Position numbers and translations under genes: made by a program
Notes under the pieces: model-generated
What the model saw: only the letters and a program-made list of their open reading frames with translations
Told to the model about the DNA's origin: nothing
The model's database searches: none
Assembly: GCA_021791915.1 (NCBI GenBank)
Contig: JAJYVQ010000004.1
Coordinates: 1-39,372, forward strand
Source: Actinomycetes bacterium
GTDB lineage: Bacteria; Actinomycetota; Acidimicrobiia; Acidimicrobiales; JABEUL01
DNA: 39,372 bases
Direction of reading: 5' to 3'
Shown here: positions 1 to 9,959 of the stretch, piece after piece
Layout of the letters: each line of letters starts with the position of its first letter
Position numbering within the stretch: position 1 is the stretch's first letter

Positions 1-329
1 GAACGGATACTGACATACAGACCGACGTTCAAAAATCTAAACCATATTACTAGTTTTTTGGTGTAAATATGAGTATAAATAATAGTTGAACTTTAAAATG
101 AACTCAAATTAAAAACCTCAGCTAATAGGATGTACAATTCAGATTGCAATTGATGGAGCTCATCTGGAACTGTCGATAATTTCGTGCTAAAATTTTGGTT
201 GGAATCTAGGCTTTTAAATTATACTTTCACAATATTAATGAAGAAATTATTCTTTAAATTTTTAAGGTAAAAGTTAGATACAAAATATCAAACCTTACGA
301 ATCAATAGTTATGAATTTCTAAAAACTAA

Positions 330-2861
330 ATGATAAATTTTTTGTCTTCGCAAAAACGTATTTTAAAGCGACTGAAAAAGATACTGCTTCCTAAAATAGT
401 TGGATGTTTGTTAATAGCTGCTGTGATTATGCTGTCGGTAAACTCGGTATCAATTCTAAATGGTGGATCTTTTTTGAAGGATAACAGTTACGGTTTGGCA
501 GGCGCATCACTTGCGATAAAACAACCTGTATTAATTGGTAAATCGCTCAGGATCGGACATTTGGGTCCGATAGACTCAATCTTTCCTGACGGTAAACAGG
601 TTATTGACCAAAGTAAGTCGGCTTTGGCTACTCAATTTCCAAAACCTCAGTCAGTATTATCACAAACTAGTACTTCAGTGTCAAAATTAGAGTCTTTAGC
701 TGAAACTTCGGGATCAACACCTTCTCAAACATTCTACTGGCCCTACTATGACTCATATGGTTTCTACGGTAATGCTGTCGACTCAATTGAAGTTGGCAAT
801 ATCCAGTCCGTATCGGCAACTGTAACAGTAGAAGTTATAAACTCGGGAAATGTGGTTAACTCATGGACTGGAACTATCGTGGCAAACTCAAGTCAGGTTG
901 TCAATTTTACAAATTCTTCAGGTTCTGAAGTTTACTTAACCGCAAGTGTACCCGTAGTAGCAACATTGGTTGCAAAGACTTCGACAAACTTAAACGAACT
1001 ACCGGGAATTCAGAATCTGTCAACTGCATTATACTGGCCATACTTCGACTCTAAAGAAAGCCTAAACTCTGATTCAAGTTACCTTATAGTGTCAAATCCA
1101 ATTCAAAACAACAAATCTGCCGACATTTCGGTAAGTTACGGACCAAATTTTTCTCAAAACTCAATACCCGCTGGATCCAATGTACAACTGAATCTGAATG
1201 ACTTCACTGGAGGACCGATCACCCTAGTGTCGGACACTCCAATAGATGCTGTAGAACTTTCTGTGAACGCAGGAACATTGGGACAGCTGTCCGTAGATCA
1301 ACAACCTGGTTTTACCCAAAGTTATACTAATCTTTATTGGCCCTACTTAGACAGTGTTGATGCAAACTCTAACGGAGAATATATCAGAGTCGCAAACATC
1401 AATCCAACACAACAGAGCGGAAGCTTTACACTAACTATCGGTCAGACAACTTTTACTTCTTCAACATTAAACTACGGTCAAACCGAAACAGCTTACATTC
1501 CTGGAATTAAAAACGGTCCAGTAATCTTTAACGGAACGATTGGGTTAATAGCCAGTTTGCATGAATCTGTCGGAGACAGCGTAACTGACCTTGACGGGTT
1601 GCCACTGTTATCTAATTTATATTGGGCAACGACCAACAGTCAGTACACCCCAAATAACAGTGGCGAAGTAATATTTATAGGTAATACTTCAACCACTCCA
1701 GCAACAGTTGTGCTGCAAATAGGATCTTCAGGAACTCAAAATATTACGATAGGAGCGAATTCAACTAACTCAATATCTGTTAATTCAACTACCGCAGGAC
1801 CAATTGAGTTAACTTCTGATATTCCGATTGTTGCAACTACAAGATCAGACATCGGACCACCGCCCCCCACAATTACTGCTGTCACTCCACCTTCTGGAAA
1901 CATTACGGGGGGTACTACAGTGTCAATAGTGGGTACAAATTTCATAGGAAATGCTTCGGTGATCTTGGGGTCCTCAGAAGCAACAGGAGTTTCCGTGGTT
2001 AGCTCAACTTTAATTACCGCAAAAGTTCCTAAAAACAGTCCCGGTTGGACTTCACTTACGGTTGAAACCGTTGCTGGATCAGCAACTTTAACTAGTGCTT
2101 TCAATTACATTTACCCTTCGGACATATTTACGTCTGGTTCTTCGGGATATGACGTTTCATGGCCCCAGTGTCCGACTTCAAGTGATACCAATCCGCTGTT
2201 TTTCCCCCCTCAAAACTTTACAATAATAGGTTCTGACAATGGAGCTCCATTTACCGACAATTCGTGTTTAAACTATGAAGTCTCCTTCGCAGGATCTAAC
2301 TTTGGTCTTTATGCAGTAATTTTTTGGCAACCTTCGGATACTCCAGTTGCAGGACCTGAAAACTGTGCTACATCCTCAAATGTAACTGACTGTCAGGCCT
2401 ATAATTACGGATACATGGCCGCAGAACACGCATTCAGCTACGCATTGAGTCAAGGTGTTGCCTCTTCAAGCTGGTGGCTAGATATCGAAGGTGCAGCAAG
2501 TAGCTCTAACCCGCTGTGGACAACTGATTACAGCGGTAACGATCAAGCAATTCAGGGTGCATTGGATTTCTTTTCTTCTCAAACTGTTCCTGGAATTCCC
2601 GGACAACTTGAGAAAGTAGGGATCTATGCATCACCATGTACTTGGCCACAGATTGCGGGAGGTTACGATGAAAGCAGCGGTTGTAATAACTATGTAGGTT
2701 ACAGTCCAGATGTTCCAGCTTGGATAGCTGATTGGAACAGCCCGAGCTCACCGCAAATCTACTGCAACTCAAACTTAGATTTTACTTCCGGCGGAACAGC
2801 GATGGTGCAGTACAGCGATAACGCCAACAATTTAAATATTGACGGCGACTATGCATGCTAG
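330..2861 (+). CDS. Secreted/membrane-anchored modular protein: four ~95-100 aa beta-rich repeats, IPT/TIG domain, C-terminal GH25-like (lysozyme-type) domain
   Basis: Basic then hydrophobic N-terminus. Repeats start FYWPYYDS/LYWPYFDS/LYWPYLDS/LYWATTNS. PPPP linker then PTITAVTPPSG..GGTTVSIVGTNF (IPT). GYDVSWPQC, WWLDIEG and terminal DGD resemble GH25 motifs. Confidence 0.75.
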   Translation: MINFLSSQKRILKRLKKILLPKIVGCLLIAAVIMLSVNSVSILNGGSFLKDNSYGLAGASLAIKQPVLIGKSLRIGHLGPIDSIFPDGKQVIDQSKSALATQFPKPQSVLSQTSTSVSKLESLAETSGSTPSQTFYWPYYDSYGFYGNAVDSIEVGNIQSVSATVTVEVINSGNVVNSWTGTIVANSSQVVNFTNSSGSEVYLTASVPVVATLVAKTSTNLNELPGIQNLSTALYWPYFDSKESLNSDSSYLIVSNPIQNNKSADISVSYGPNFSQNSIPAGSNVQLNLNDFTGGPITLVSDTPIDAVELSVNAGTLGQLSVDQQPGFTQSYTNLYWPYLDSVDANSNGEYIRVANINPTQQSGSFTLTIGQTTFTSSTLNYGQTETAYIPGIKNGPVIFNGTIGLIASLHESVGDSVTDLDGLPLLSNLYWATTNSQYTPNNSGEVIFIGNTSTTPATVVLQIGSSGTQNITIGANSTNSISVNSTTAGPIELTSDIPIVATTRSDIGPPPPTITAVTPPSGNITGGTTVSIVGTNFIGNASVILGSSEATGVSVVSSTLITAKVPKNSPGWTSLTVETVAGSATLTSAFNYIYPSDIFTSGSSGYDVSWPQCPTSSDTNPLFFPPQNFTIIGSDNGAPFTDNSCLNYEVSFAGSNFGLYAVIFWQPSDTPVAGPENCATSSNVTDCQAYNYGYMAAEHAFSYALSQGVASSSWWLDIEGAASSSNPLWTTDYSGNDQAIQGALDFFSSQTVPGIPGQLEKVGIYASPCTWPQIAGGYDESSGCNNYVGYSPDVPAWIADWNSPSSPQIYCNSNLDFTSGGTAMVQYSDNANNLNIDGDYAC

Positions 2862-3558
2862 TTTAACTCTGTTAGCTGCTTTCGGAGCTGGTATAGTTTC
2901 TTATCTGTCCCCCTGTATACTACCGTTAATTCCTGCATATATCTCAATAATAAGTTCGTTTGGTATTGATCCAGATTCACCTGAATCGACCCACAAGAAT
3001 AAACTTCAAATACTGACCCAATCGTTGCTTTTTGTACTTGGTTTTTCGTTAATTTTTATAATATTGGGACTAAGTGCATCTTCATTGGGATCTTTGCTGG
3101 ATTCTCATCAGCTGATACTAATTAAAGTTTCCGGTGCATTTGTAGCTGTTATGGGAATTTTGCTTATAATTTCACTTACTGGTAAATCCTTACTCTTGTC
3201 CAAAGAATATAACTTCAAGTTGAATTTAAAGAAGTTTAAACACTTCGGGTCCGTCGTAGCAGGTGCAGCTTTTGCATTCGGTTGGACACCTTGTATCGGT
3301 ACTGTTTTAGCTTCTATTCTGGCAATAGCAGCCGACAAAAAAAGTTTAGCAACAGGGGCATTACTTCTCACAAGTTACAGTGCTGGACTAGCGGTACCCT
3401 TTATTCTATTTTCCCTGATCTTAGAACAACTCACTGGAGTATTGAATTTTTTTAAAAAGTTTTCCAGACTCCTAGCTTTCTGTGGAGGAATTTTAATGGT
3501 AGCGTTGGGTATCCTGATTTTTAGCAACCAACTCACGCTATTAAATTCAACTATTTAA
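2851..3558 (+). CDS. ccdA: Cytochrome c biogenesis CcdA / DsbD-family transmembrane electron transporter
   Basis: LSPCILP and WTPCIG Pro-Cys motifs, about 6 TM helices. ATG at 2851 preferred over the track's TTG at 2839. Confidence 0.9.
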   Translation: MHASLTLLAAFGAGIVSYLSPCILPLIPAYISIISSFGIDPDSPESTHKNKLQILTQSLLFVLGFSLIFIILGLSASSLGSLLDSHQLILIKVSGAFVAVMGILLIISLTGKSLLLSKEYNFKLNLKKFKHFGSVVAGAAFAFGWTPCIGTVLASILAIAADKKSLATGALLLTSYSAGLAVPFILFSLILEQLTGVLNFFKKFSRLLAFCGGILMVALGILIFSNQLTLLNSTI

Positions 3559-3796
3559 GTTAAATTTAATAATTTGGAAGTAACTTATTCTATTAAAACA
3601 TTATTTGTATCATAATTGAAATTTGTGAAATAATGTCTTTGAATAGGTCTGTAATTTAATATTGTGATTGGTTACTTGGTCGGTTAAACAAAATATTTTT
3701 TAACATTATATAAAATAATGGACTAAAATTTTTATGCACAAATGAATACTGTTATTAATCAGCAATTTTTAGAGTTTTGCAATGCCAACAATAAAA

Positions 3797-3843
3797 TTTT
3801 ATGAAGTAGCTATTTTATGAAGTAACAGTTGTATGAAGTAACA
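3797..3843. repeat. Three imperfect 16-bp tandem repeats (core TATGAAGTA) just upstream of the tRNA
   Basis: TATGAAGTA at 3800, 3816 and 3832. Confidence 0.85.
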
Positions 3844-3845
3844 AA

Positions 3846-3922
<77 letters not shown>

Positions 3923-4243
3923 AAGTTAGAATCCAACTAACTCCAGTTTGATCGTCTTATCATGAGTTTAGTTGTACCAAAATGCAACTACTAGTTAATC
4001 TTAAAAGATTTTTTAAATAACTTATCGAGAGGAACTTAATTCCACCACAACTACTAATTTAAGCCATTTAATGAATCGACACTTCATTATTTTTTGCCGT
4101 AACAATCACTCAAGAATCAAAGAATTATGACTAATTGATGCTACTTTGGAAAATTTTTTTTTCTAAAAAATAAATAGCGACTAACGACTAATCAGCTTAC
4201 ACAAAGGTAAAATACATCAAGTGACTCACATCAGCTGGCAATT

Positions 4244-4353
4244 TGTAGTCTGGTCTAATTCATTAAGTTGATATTTCTTGGGGTTAATTTCATAATTACT
4301 CCTTATGTAGCCTTGTATTCCTTGGGTGCTCTGTAGTGTAAAGCACATTTAAG
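4244..4353 (-). pseudogene. Possible 3' remnant of an IS3-family transposase with a decayed right end
   Basis: Minus strand reads LKCALHYRAPKEYKAT*, like the HSALGYxxPxEY tail of IS3 transposases. About 60 nt later it ends in ...GACTACA. Confidence 0.3.
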
Positions 4354-4523
4354 TTTTGCTAAAAGCCTAATAATTAAGCAGTTGAAAGTTAATTAAGCAA
4401 CTATGATTTAGCTAATATCGCAGTTATTCTATATTTTTTAATTTTTGCTAGACTCATAGCGTCAATTATTTAGCGTATCAAAATAGACCTGCTTACTAAG
4501 GGCTCAATGGGTAAATTACCGCA

Positions 4524-4599
4524 TAGCATTTCCTAAACATATTTACTTGGTATATTTAGTTGACACTTTTACGAAACCATATTGTGTTAGGAAATGCTA
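4524..4599. mobile_element. 76-bp MITE-like element with perfect 13-bp terminal inverted repeats
   Basis: TAGCATTTCCTAA (4524-4536) and TTAGGAAATGCTA (4587-4599). The outer TA dinucleotides could be an IS630-type target duplication. Confidence 0.45.
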
Positions 4600-4834
4600 A
4601 AATGACTCATAATTTTTCACACAACGAAATCTGAAAGTACTTATATTAATCCAAGGTTTCGTTGCAGTTCATAATTCATCTTAAAACTACCAACAACTTT
4701 AACCAGAATTTCTTTAAAAGATCTGTACTGAAAATGTTGCACTTAAATGACTTAGAACTATTTTTTTACAAGCTGATATAAAATATATAAATGCCAAATA
4801 GATTCAAAACAAAAGTTATATACCTTAACGGCTC

Positions 4835-6058
4835 ATGACACTTGTACCACTTAGAGACGTTCAAAATTCAGTGCTATCTCTTGCTGAATCTACTAAAACC
4901 GAATCAGTTAATATAATCGATGCTCTAAACCTTTACAGCGCTCAAGATATATTTTCTAAAATAAACATTCCAAGTTTTAACAACTCTCAGATGGATGGAT
5001 ATGCGATAAGGATTACAAAAGATACCCAATTCCCACTGACATTAAAATTAGATGGTACGATTTTTGCCGGTCAGTCTACAAACCGACAAGTTAGCTCAAA
5101 CAAAGCTATCAGAATCTTTACAGGTGCGAAAGTGCCAAAAGGAACAAATGCTGTTGTCATGCAGGAGTTCTGTACCGTAACTGACAATGGCAACAAAGTT
5201 ACAGTTCTCAATCCCGTTAATATAGGCGACAACATCAGACCGATCGCAGACGATATTAAAATCGGTCAGCAGATATTGAAAATGGGAGAACTTATAACTC
5301 CTACAAAAATAGGTCTGCTTGCAAGCTGTGGTATTCAAAAGTTAAAAATCAACAAAAGATTGTCCGTTGGAGTTTTATCTACCGGAAGCGAATTAACTGA
5401 TGTGGGTGAAAAACTTTTACCAGCAAAGATTTATGATTCCAACCGATTGACTCTTCTGTCATTATGTAAAAACTTAAACCTAAACGTGATTGATTTCGGA
5501 ATCGCTTACGACACTATGGACGGGATCATCAAAAACCTAAGTTCGATGTCAAAAAAAGCTGACATAATTATCGTCACTGGTGGAGTCAGCGTAGGGGATG
5601 CAGATTTTGTTAAAACAGCTATAAAAAAGCTTTGCCCTAAAAATTCAAAATCTCTTCAGATCGCAATTAAGCCAGCCAAGCCATTTGCATTCGGAAAGAA
5701 CAGCTCAAGTATTTTTTTTGGATTACCTGGTAATCCAGTTTCGGCTTTGGTGTCCTTTGAGTTACTTGTAAAACCTGTTATCAATAAGATGATGGGAAAT
5801 CCTAAATATTTGCCCCAATACATCAAGATCAAATCGCTACAGGACTTTGAATATCATGATGACGGTAAAATACACTACTTACGAATTAAGGTTAATAAAG
5901 ATAAGTTCGGAAACTTAATAGCTTCGCCTGTTAAAAAGCAGGGATCTCACAACTTGTTCTGGTTGGTTAATTCAAATGCTCTTGCCGAAATAAAAAATAA
6001 GGCTACAATAAAAAAGGGAGACTACTTTAACGCAATTCAAACTGGAGAAATCCTGTGA
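4835..6058 (+). CDS. moeA: Molybdopterin molybdotransferase MoeA
   Basis: PSFNNSQMDGYA, RIFTGA, STGSEL, YDSN, TGGVSVGDADF, GLPGNPVS motifs. Confidence 0.95.
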   Translation: MTLVPLRDVQNSVLSLAESTKTESVNIIDALNLYSAQDIFSKINIPSFNNSQMDGYAIRITKDTQFPLTLKLDGTIFAGQSTNRQVSSNKAIRIFTGAKVPKGTNAVVMQEFCTVTDNGNKVTVLNPVNIGDNIRPIADDIKIGQQILKMGELITPTKIGLLASCGIQKLKINKRLSVGVLSTGSELTDVGEKLLPAKIYDSNRLTLLSLCKNLNLNVIDFGIAYDTMDGIIKNLSSMSKKADIIIVTGGVSVGDADFVKTAIKKLCPKNSKSLQIAIKPAKPFAFGKNSSSIFFGLPGNPVSALVSFELLVKPVINKMMGNPKYLPQYIKIKSLQDFEYHDDGKIHYLRIKVNKDKFGNLIASPVKKQGSHNLFWLVNSNALAEIKNKATIKKGDYFNAIQTGEIL

Positions 6059-6106
6059 TTAAAAAAGTTGAGAACTTCCACGATTGTTTCGACTATGTCA
6101 AAAAAG

Positions 6107-7117
6107 CTACCTGTCAGGTGCTAATTTCCTAAGAGAATCAACTTGATCTATACCTACTGGAATTAAAGCTATAACTGGAGTCTTAATTCCATTTTGCACG
6201 TAAAGGCTAATTTTTTCCTTACACTCTTCAGGCGATCCATGCAGTACCAATCTGTCTACCAAACTGTCAGGAATTGCCGCCAGCGCTTCCTGTCTTTGTC
6301 CTTTTTCCCACAAATCCCACATATCTTGTAGCTCGTTTGAACGCCCCAACCATTCGTGGAACATTCTGTATACAGGTACATTTAGATATGCTCCTATGAT
6401 ATATCGTCCTATGTTTCTGGCAAGACTTTCGTCTTCGGTTGGCATTACAAATATTCTTGCCACAATTTCTTTAGTGGCCAGATCTACTCCAGTAGTTTTT
6501 AGGTTATCCATTACTTTTGTAACGTCTTCAGCGGTTAACCAGTTCATTATTATACCGTCTCCAATCGTAACCGACAGTTCTTGCATCTTGGGACGCAAAG
6601 CGGCTACTGCAATGGGAACAGCACTTCGTTTATTGTCTGATCTATTCCTACCAAGCTTAAAGCCATCAACTTTGAAAGTTTTATAGGTATTTCTAACTTT
6701 TTGTCCTTCTAAAACTGCTTTCAAAAATTCAATCGTATCTTTGGTCTTTTGATAAGGCTCTTTAAATTCAATGTCGTTCCATTTTGAAACTATGACATTT
6801 GAAGACGTTCCTATCCCTAATACAAACCTGTCAGGAGCCATTTCCGCTATTGTGTCTACCTGCATGGCCAATAGAGCTGGACCCCTAGTATAAACTGGAA
6901 CTACCGCCGTGCCAAGTCTAAGCTCTTTGCTTGCAATTGCCGCTAAAGCCAGCGGTACAAATGCATCTGATCCATCGGCTTCAGCTGACCAGATATCTGT
7001 ATATCCCAAGTCAGCCAACTCTTTGAAAATCTCAATTTGATCAGTGAGATGGATACCTTCAAACGGAACCGTTATCCCCCACCGTTTTATTTTATCGCTG
7101 TTTGATTCAATTGTCAT
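6107..7117 (-). CDS. LLM-class (luciferase-like), probably F420-dependent oxidoreductase
   Basis: LGYTDIWSAE, LRLGTAVVPVYTRGPALLA, RFVLGIGTS, AALRPKM. Confidence 0.88.
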   Translation of the reverse strand: MTIESNSDKIKRWGITVPFEGIHLTDQIEIFKELADLGYTDIWSAEADGSDAFVPLALAAIASKELRLGTAVVPVYTRGPALLAMQVDTIAEMAPDRFVLGIGTSSNVIVSKWNDIEFKEPYQKTKDTIEFLKAVLEGQKVRNTYKTFKVDGFKLGRNRSDNKRSAVPIAVAALRPKMQELSVTIGDGIIMNWLTAEDVTKVMDNLKTTGVDLATKEIVARIFVMPTEDESLARNIGRYIIGAYLNVPVYRMFHEWLGRSNELQDMWDLWEKGQRQEALAAIPDSLVDRLVLHGSPEECKEKISLYVQNGIKTPVIALIPVGIDQVDSLRKLAPDR

Positions 7118-7404
7118 AAAAAAATACTAGTCAAGATTTGAGGTTATTAACAAATTTAAAACTATTTGTATATTAAAAGTAATTTTAATAAGACTATTGC
7201 GAATGCAGGAGTTACCGACAACAAATACTCAATAAGTACTTTTGAACTGTATTAAATACACATTTTTATAAAGTACACATTTATATCAAATAAATCAATT
7301 GTTTAAATATTAGTTCTCTTTAAACAATTAAATAAGAACAGTTAAAACAACAAATAAACCGTAAATCATGAGACAGAAAATGTTTTTAGAGAAACTGAAA
7401 TCTG

Positions 7405-7436
7405 GTGTCAATCAATTTTGTGTCAATCAATTTTGT
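7405..7436. repeat. 15-bp perfect tandem duplication GTGTCAATCAATTTT
   Basis: Copies at 7405 and 7420. Confidence 0.9.
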
Positions 7437-7462
7437 AGCACTTATCTGCAAAAATAATAATT

Positions 7463-7801
7463 ATGAAAACAGCACATAAATTAACAGAAATAGCGATAAG
7501 AGACAAAATGTACAACACACCAAAAAGTGGCGGACAGCTTAAGCTGTTTAACGACGAAACTTTTTGTAACAGTCCGCTATGTATTTATTGTAAACGATTG
7601 AGATCAAGCAAAATATCTACGAGTAATTTAGACACAAAAATAGAAAATAAAGTAGAATCTGAACCTTTTGAAAACACCTTCAAATCAAGTGCTACCGAAA
7701 ATATTAAAATCCTTAAATCAATCTTGGAGAGTGCAAATATTAGATTTTTAAGGAACTACCCAAATTTAAGATCAGACAACGATCCCAAACCAGCCGCATA
7801 A
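7463..7801 (+). CDS. Hypothetical protein with a Cx4Cx2C motif
   Basis: 112-aa ORF filling an intergenic gap; no recognisable family or SD. Confidence 0.4.
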   Translation: MKTAHKLTEIAIRDKMYNTPKSGGQLKLFNDETFCNSPLCIYCKRLRSSKISTSNLDTKIENKVESEPFENTFKSSATENIKILKSILESANIRFLRNYPNLRSDNDPKPAA

Positions 7802-7870
7802 AGGTATCTAAAACAACACTTTATTAAACAGTCACATTTAAGATTCAGAATTTGACTACGATTAATAGAT

Positions 7871-8719
7871 ATGGATCAAAATCAAACTCTGAATGAGGTT
7901 TTAGGATATGGACCACAGGACAAGTTGCTTATCTTAAACTGTGGCGAACTTGGCATGTCGTTTTCAACCACTGAAGCGACTTACAAAATCATTCACCAAG
8001 ATCTGAATATTAGCGCATCCATTATGCTACCATGCCCCTATTCGCGAGTAGCAATTGACGGATATCGTGGAAAAAACGTAGGAATCCGTCTTGTCCTTAC
8101 ATCTCCATTCAACTACTACAGATGGGAGCCAGTCACTCATTCACCTTCACTTTTGGACGGAAACGGAGGCTTTCCCAAAACTATTTTTGACTTATGGGAA
8201 CACGCCGATTCTGACGAAGTTTATAAGGAGTGCACTGCTCAGATCGAAAAGGCTATAATTTACGGCTTTGACTTAACTCATATTTCTGACCACTGCGGTG
8301 TGTTCAACTTCAGACCAGAACTATTTTCCATATATTTGGATCTAGCTTGTGACTACAAACTTCCGATCAGTTTAGCAAATACTGAATATACCGAAAAAGT
8401 CGGTTTTCCTTTTAGGCAAGTAGCGAAAGATTCCGGCCTAATATTTCCGGACTTTACGGTAAGAGCCGAATATGACGATAACAATCTTTTGGCTCTTAAA
8501 GATATCTTAGCTAACCTTAGACCAGGCGTCACTGAATGTATCATGAGACCCAGCGAAGATACTAATGAAATTTCATCCATAGCCGATGACAAATTCACAC
8601 GTAAGTCAGACTATAAATCTTTAATAGATACAAAAGAGCTTAAATCCCTACTTGATAAATACGAAATTACCCTGATTTCGTTTGACGATTTAAGAAAGAT
8701 CGCAAGGTCCACCGCATAG
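7871..8719 (+). CDS. ChbG/YdjC-family deacetylase homologue with degenerate active site
   Basis: LLILNCGELG, SASIMLPCP, PSLLDGNGGFP, AQIEKA..G.DLTH, LRPGVTE match the YdjC pattern; DD and two His positions are altered. Confidence 0.8.
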   Translation: MDQNQTLNEVLGYGPQDKLLILNCGELGMSFSTTEATYKIIHQDLNISASIMLPCPYSRVAIDGYRGKNVGIRLVLTSPFNYYRWEPVTHSPSLLDGNGGFPKTIFDLWEHADSDEVYKECTAQIEKAIIYGFDLTHISDHCGVFNFRPELFSIYLDLACDYKLPISLANTEYTEKVGFPFRQVAKDSGLIFPDFTVRAEYDDNNLLALKDILANLRPGVTECIMRPSEDTNEISSIADDKFTRKSDYKSLIDTKELKSLLDKYEITLISFDDLRKIARSTA

Positions 8720-8732
8720 CCATAAATTGCAA

Positions 8733-9623
8733 TTAACTATACAGTCCTTCAAACAGATCGTCTTTAGGTAATTTTTTTGTTGTAGAAAGGTCTTCGGCTA
8801 AATGATAGTCATCGAATGGATATATTGAATCCATTACGTCGTCGGGCAAACCAAACCAGAATTTAGACTTAGGATCAATCTGGGTTTTGTGTTCCAATAG
8901 TGCTAATCTGCGTACAGATGCCACGGAACATACATCTACTGAAGTGGTGGGACGCTCATCTTCGTCTTGATTGTCGATCCGATCAAACCATTTCTGATCG
9001 AAAGGGGATTCAAGTCCCAGCTCCAAAAACTTCTGATGAACAAGTAAAAATCTTTCTTTTGACCATACCGTATAAAACAGCCTTAACGGCTTAAACGGAT
9101 CTCCCGCATCAGTATATTTATTCGGATCGGGCGCAGCAAAAAAGGCTGCTTTTGATATCTCATGTGTTTTAATGTGGTCAGGATGCGGATACCCCTTCTG
9201 ATCGGCACCGTAAGTTACAATTACTTGGGGTCGGACTTCTCTTATAATTTTAACTAATCTACCGACAGCTTCATCAAAGTCAGCTTGTACAAAACTGTCT
9301 GGATTTGAGTTTGCTTCCGAACCTGGCATACCCGAATCACGATAGCCGAGCTTAAACACTTCATCGTAACCTATTACTTTTGTGGCATTGGCAAGTTCGT
9401 TTGATCTTATGTCTGCTAAATTTTCTTTAACTTCAGGCAGATCCATCTCTGGGTTCAAAATGTCCCCTTCTTCCCCTCCAGTACAACACACTAGTACAGT
9501 TTTAATGTTTTTTTTCGAATACAGAGCCACAGTACATGCACCCTTAGAAGACTCGTCGTCGGGATGAGCATGTACTGTCATAAGACAAAGTCGAACTGGT
9601 ATATTATCTCCTGTTTTTTTCAT
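8733..9623 (-). CDS. mca: Mycothiol S-conjugate amidase (PIG-L/MshB family)
   Basis: LMTVHAHPDDESSKGA, CTGGEEGDILNP, LGYRDSGM, GYPHPDHI, HKTQIDP..WF. Confidence 0.9.
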   Translation of the reverse strand: MKKTGDNIPVRLCLMTVHAHPDDESSKGACTVALYSKKNIKTVLVCCTGGEEGDILNPEMDLPEVKENLADIRSNELANATKVIGYDEVFKLGYRDSGMPGSEANSNPDSFVQADFDEAVGRLVKIIREVRPQVIVTYGADQKGYPHPDHIKTHEISKAAFFAAPDPNKYTDAGDPFKPLRLFYTVWSKERFLLVHQKFLELGLESPFDQKWFDRIDNQDEDERPTTSVDVCSVASVRRLALLEHKTQIDPKSKFWFGLPDDVMDSIYPFDDYHLAEDLSTTKKLPKDDLFEGLYS

Positions 9624-9779
9624 ATTTATAAATTTTACACATCAGAAATTGATAGTCGGCTTGGCAAAATATGCCGGATTAGTAAAATAAAAAAATTATG
9701 CCTGAAACTTGCCTACTGAATATGTTAATTTAACAGAGTTTACTAAAATTTTACTGTAAAGGTTAAATTTGATGTAATA

Positions 9780-9812
9780 TTTTAGCTTATAGTGTTTTAG
9801 CTTATAGTGTTT
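9780..9812. repeat. 15-bp tandem duplication TTTTAGCTTATAGTG
   Basis: Copies at 9780 and 9795. Confidence 0.9.
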
Positions 9813-9862
9813 CTAAGTAGGTTTTAGCCTTTTATCAGCTTAAACTTAAAAGCACACACAAT

Positions 9863-9901
9863 TAATAAATACACCTAAAATAATAAATACACCTAAAATA
9901 A
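9863..9901. repeat. 18-bp tandem duplication TAATAAATACACCTAAAA
   Basis: Copies at 9863 and 9881. Confidence 0.9.
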
Positions 9902-9959
9902 ATAGATCTAAACTATTAGTCTAGAGAAGTAAAGTATAAATCGGGAGGAAAAACCAAAA

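Noticed and set aside
1-329. Possible gene end or start at the window edge
   Set aside because: Too little sequence to choose a strand or product.
1736-2104. Antisense and nested ORFs in the track (e.g. 1736-2104, 10504-10851, 17750-18091, 31137-31586)
   Set aside because: They are shadows of well-supported genes on the opposite strand or frame.
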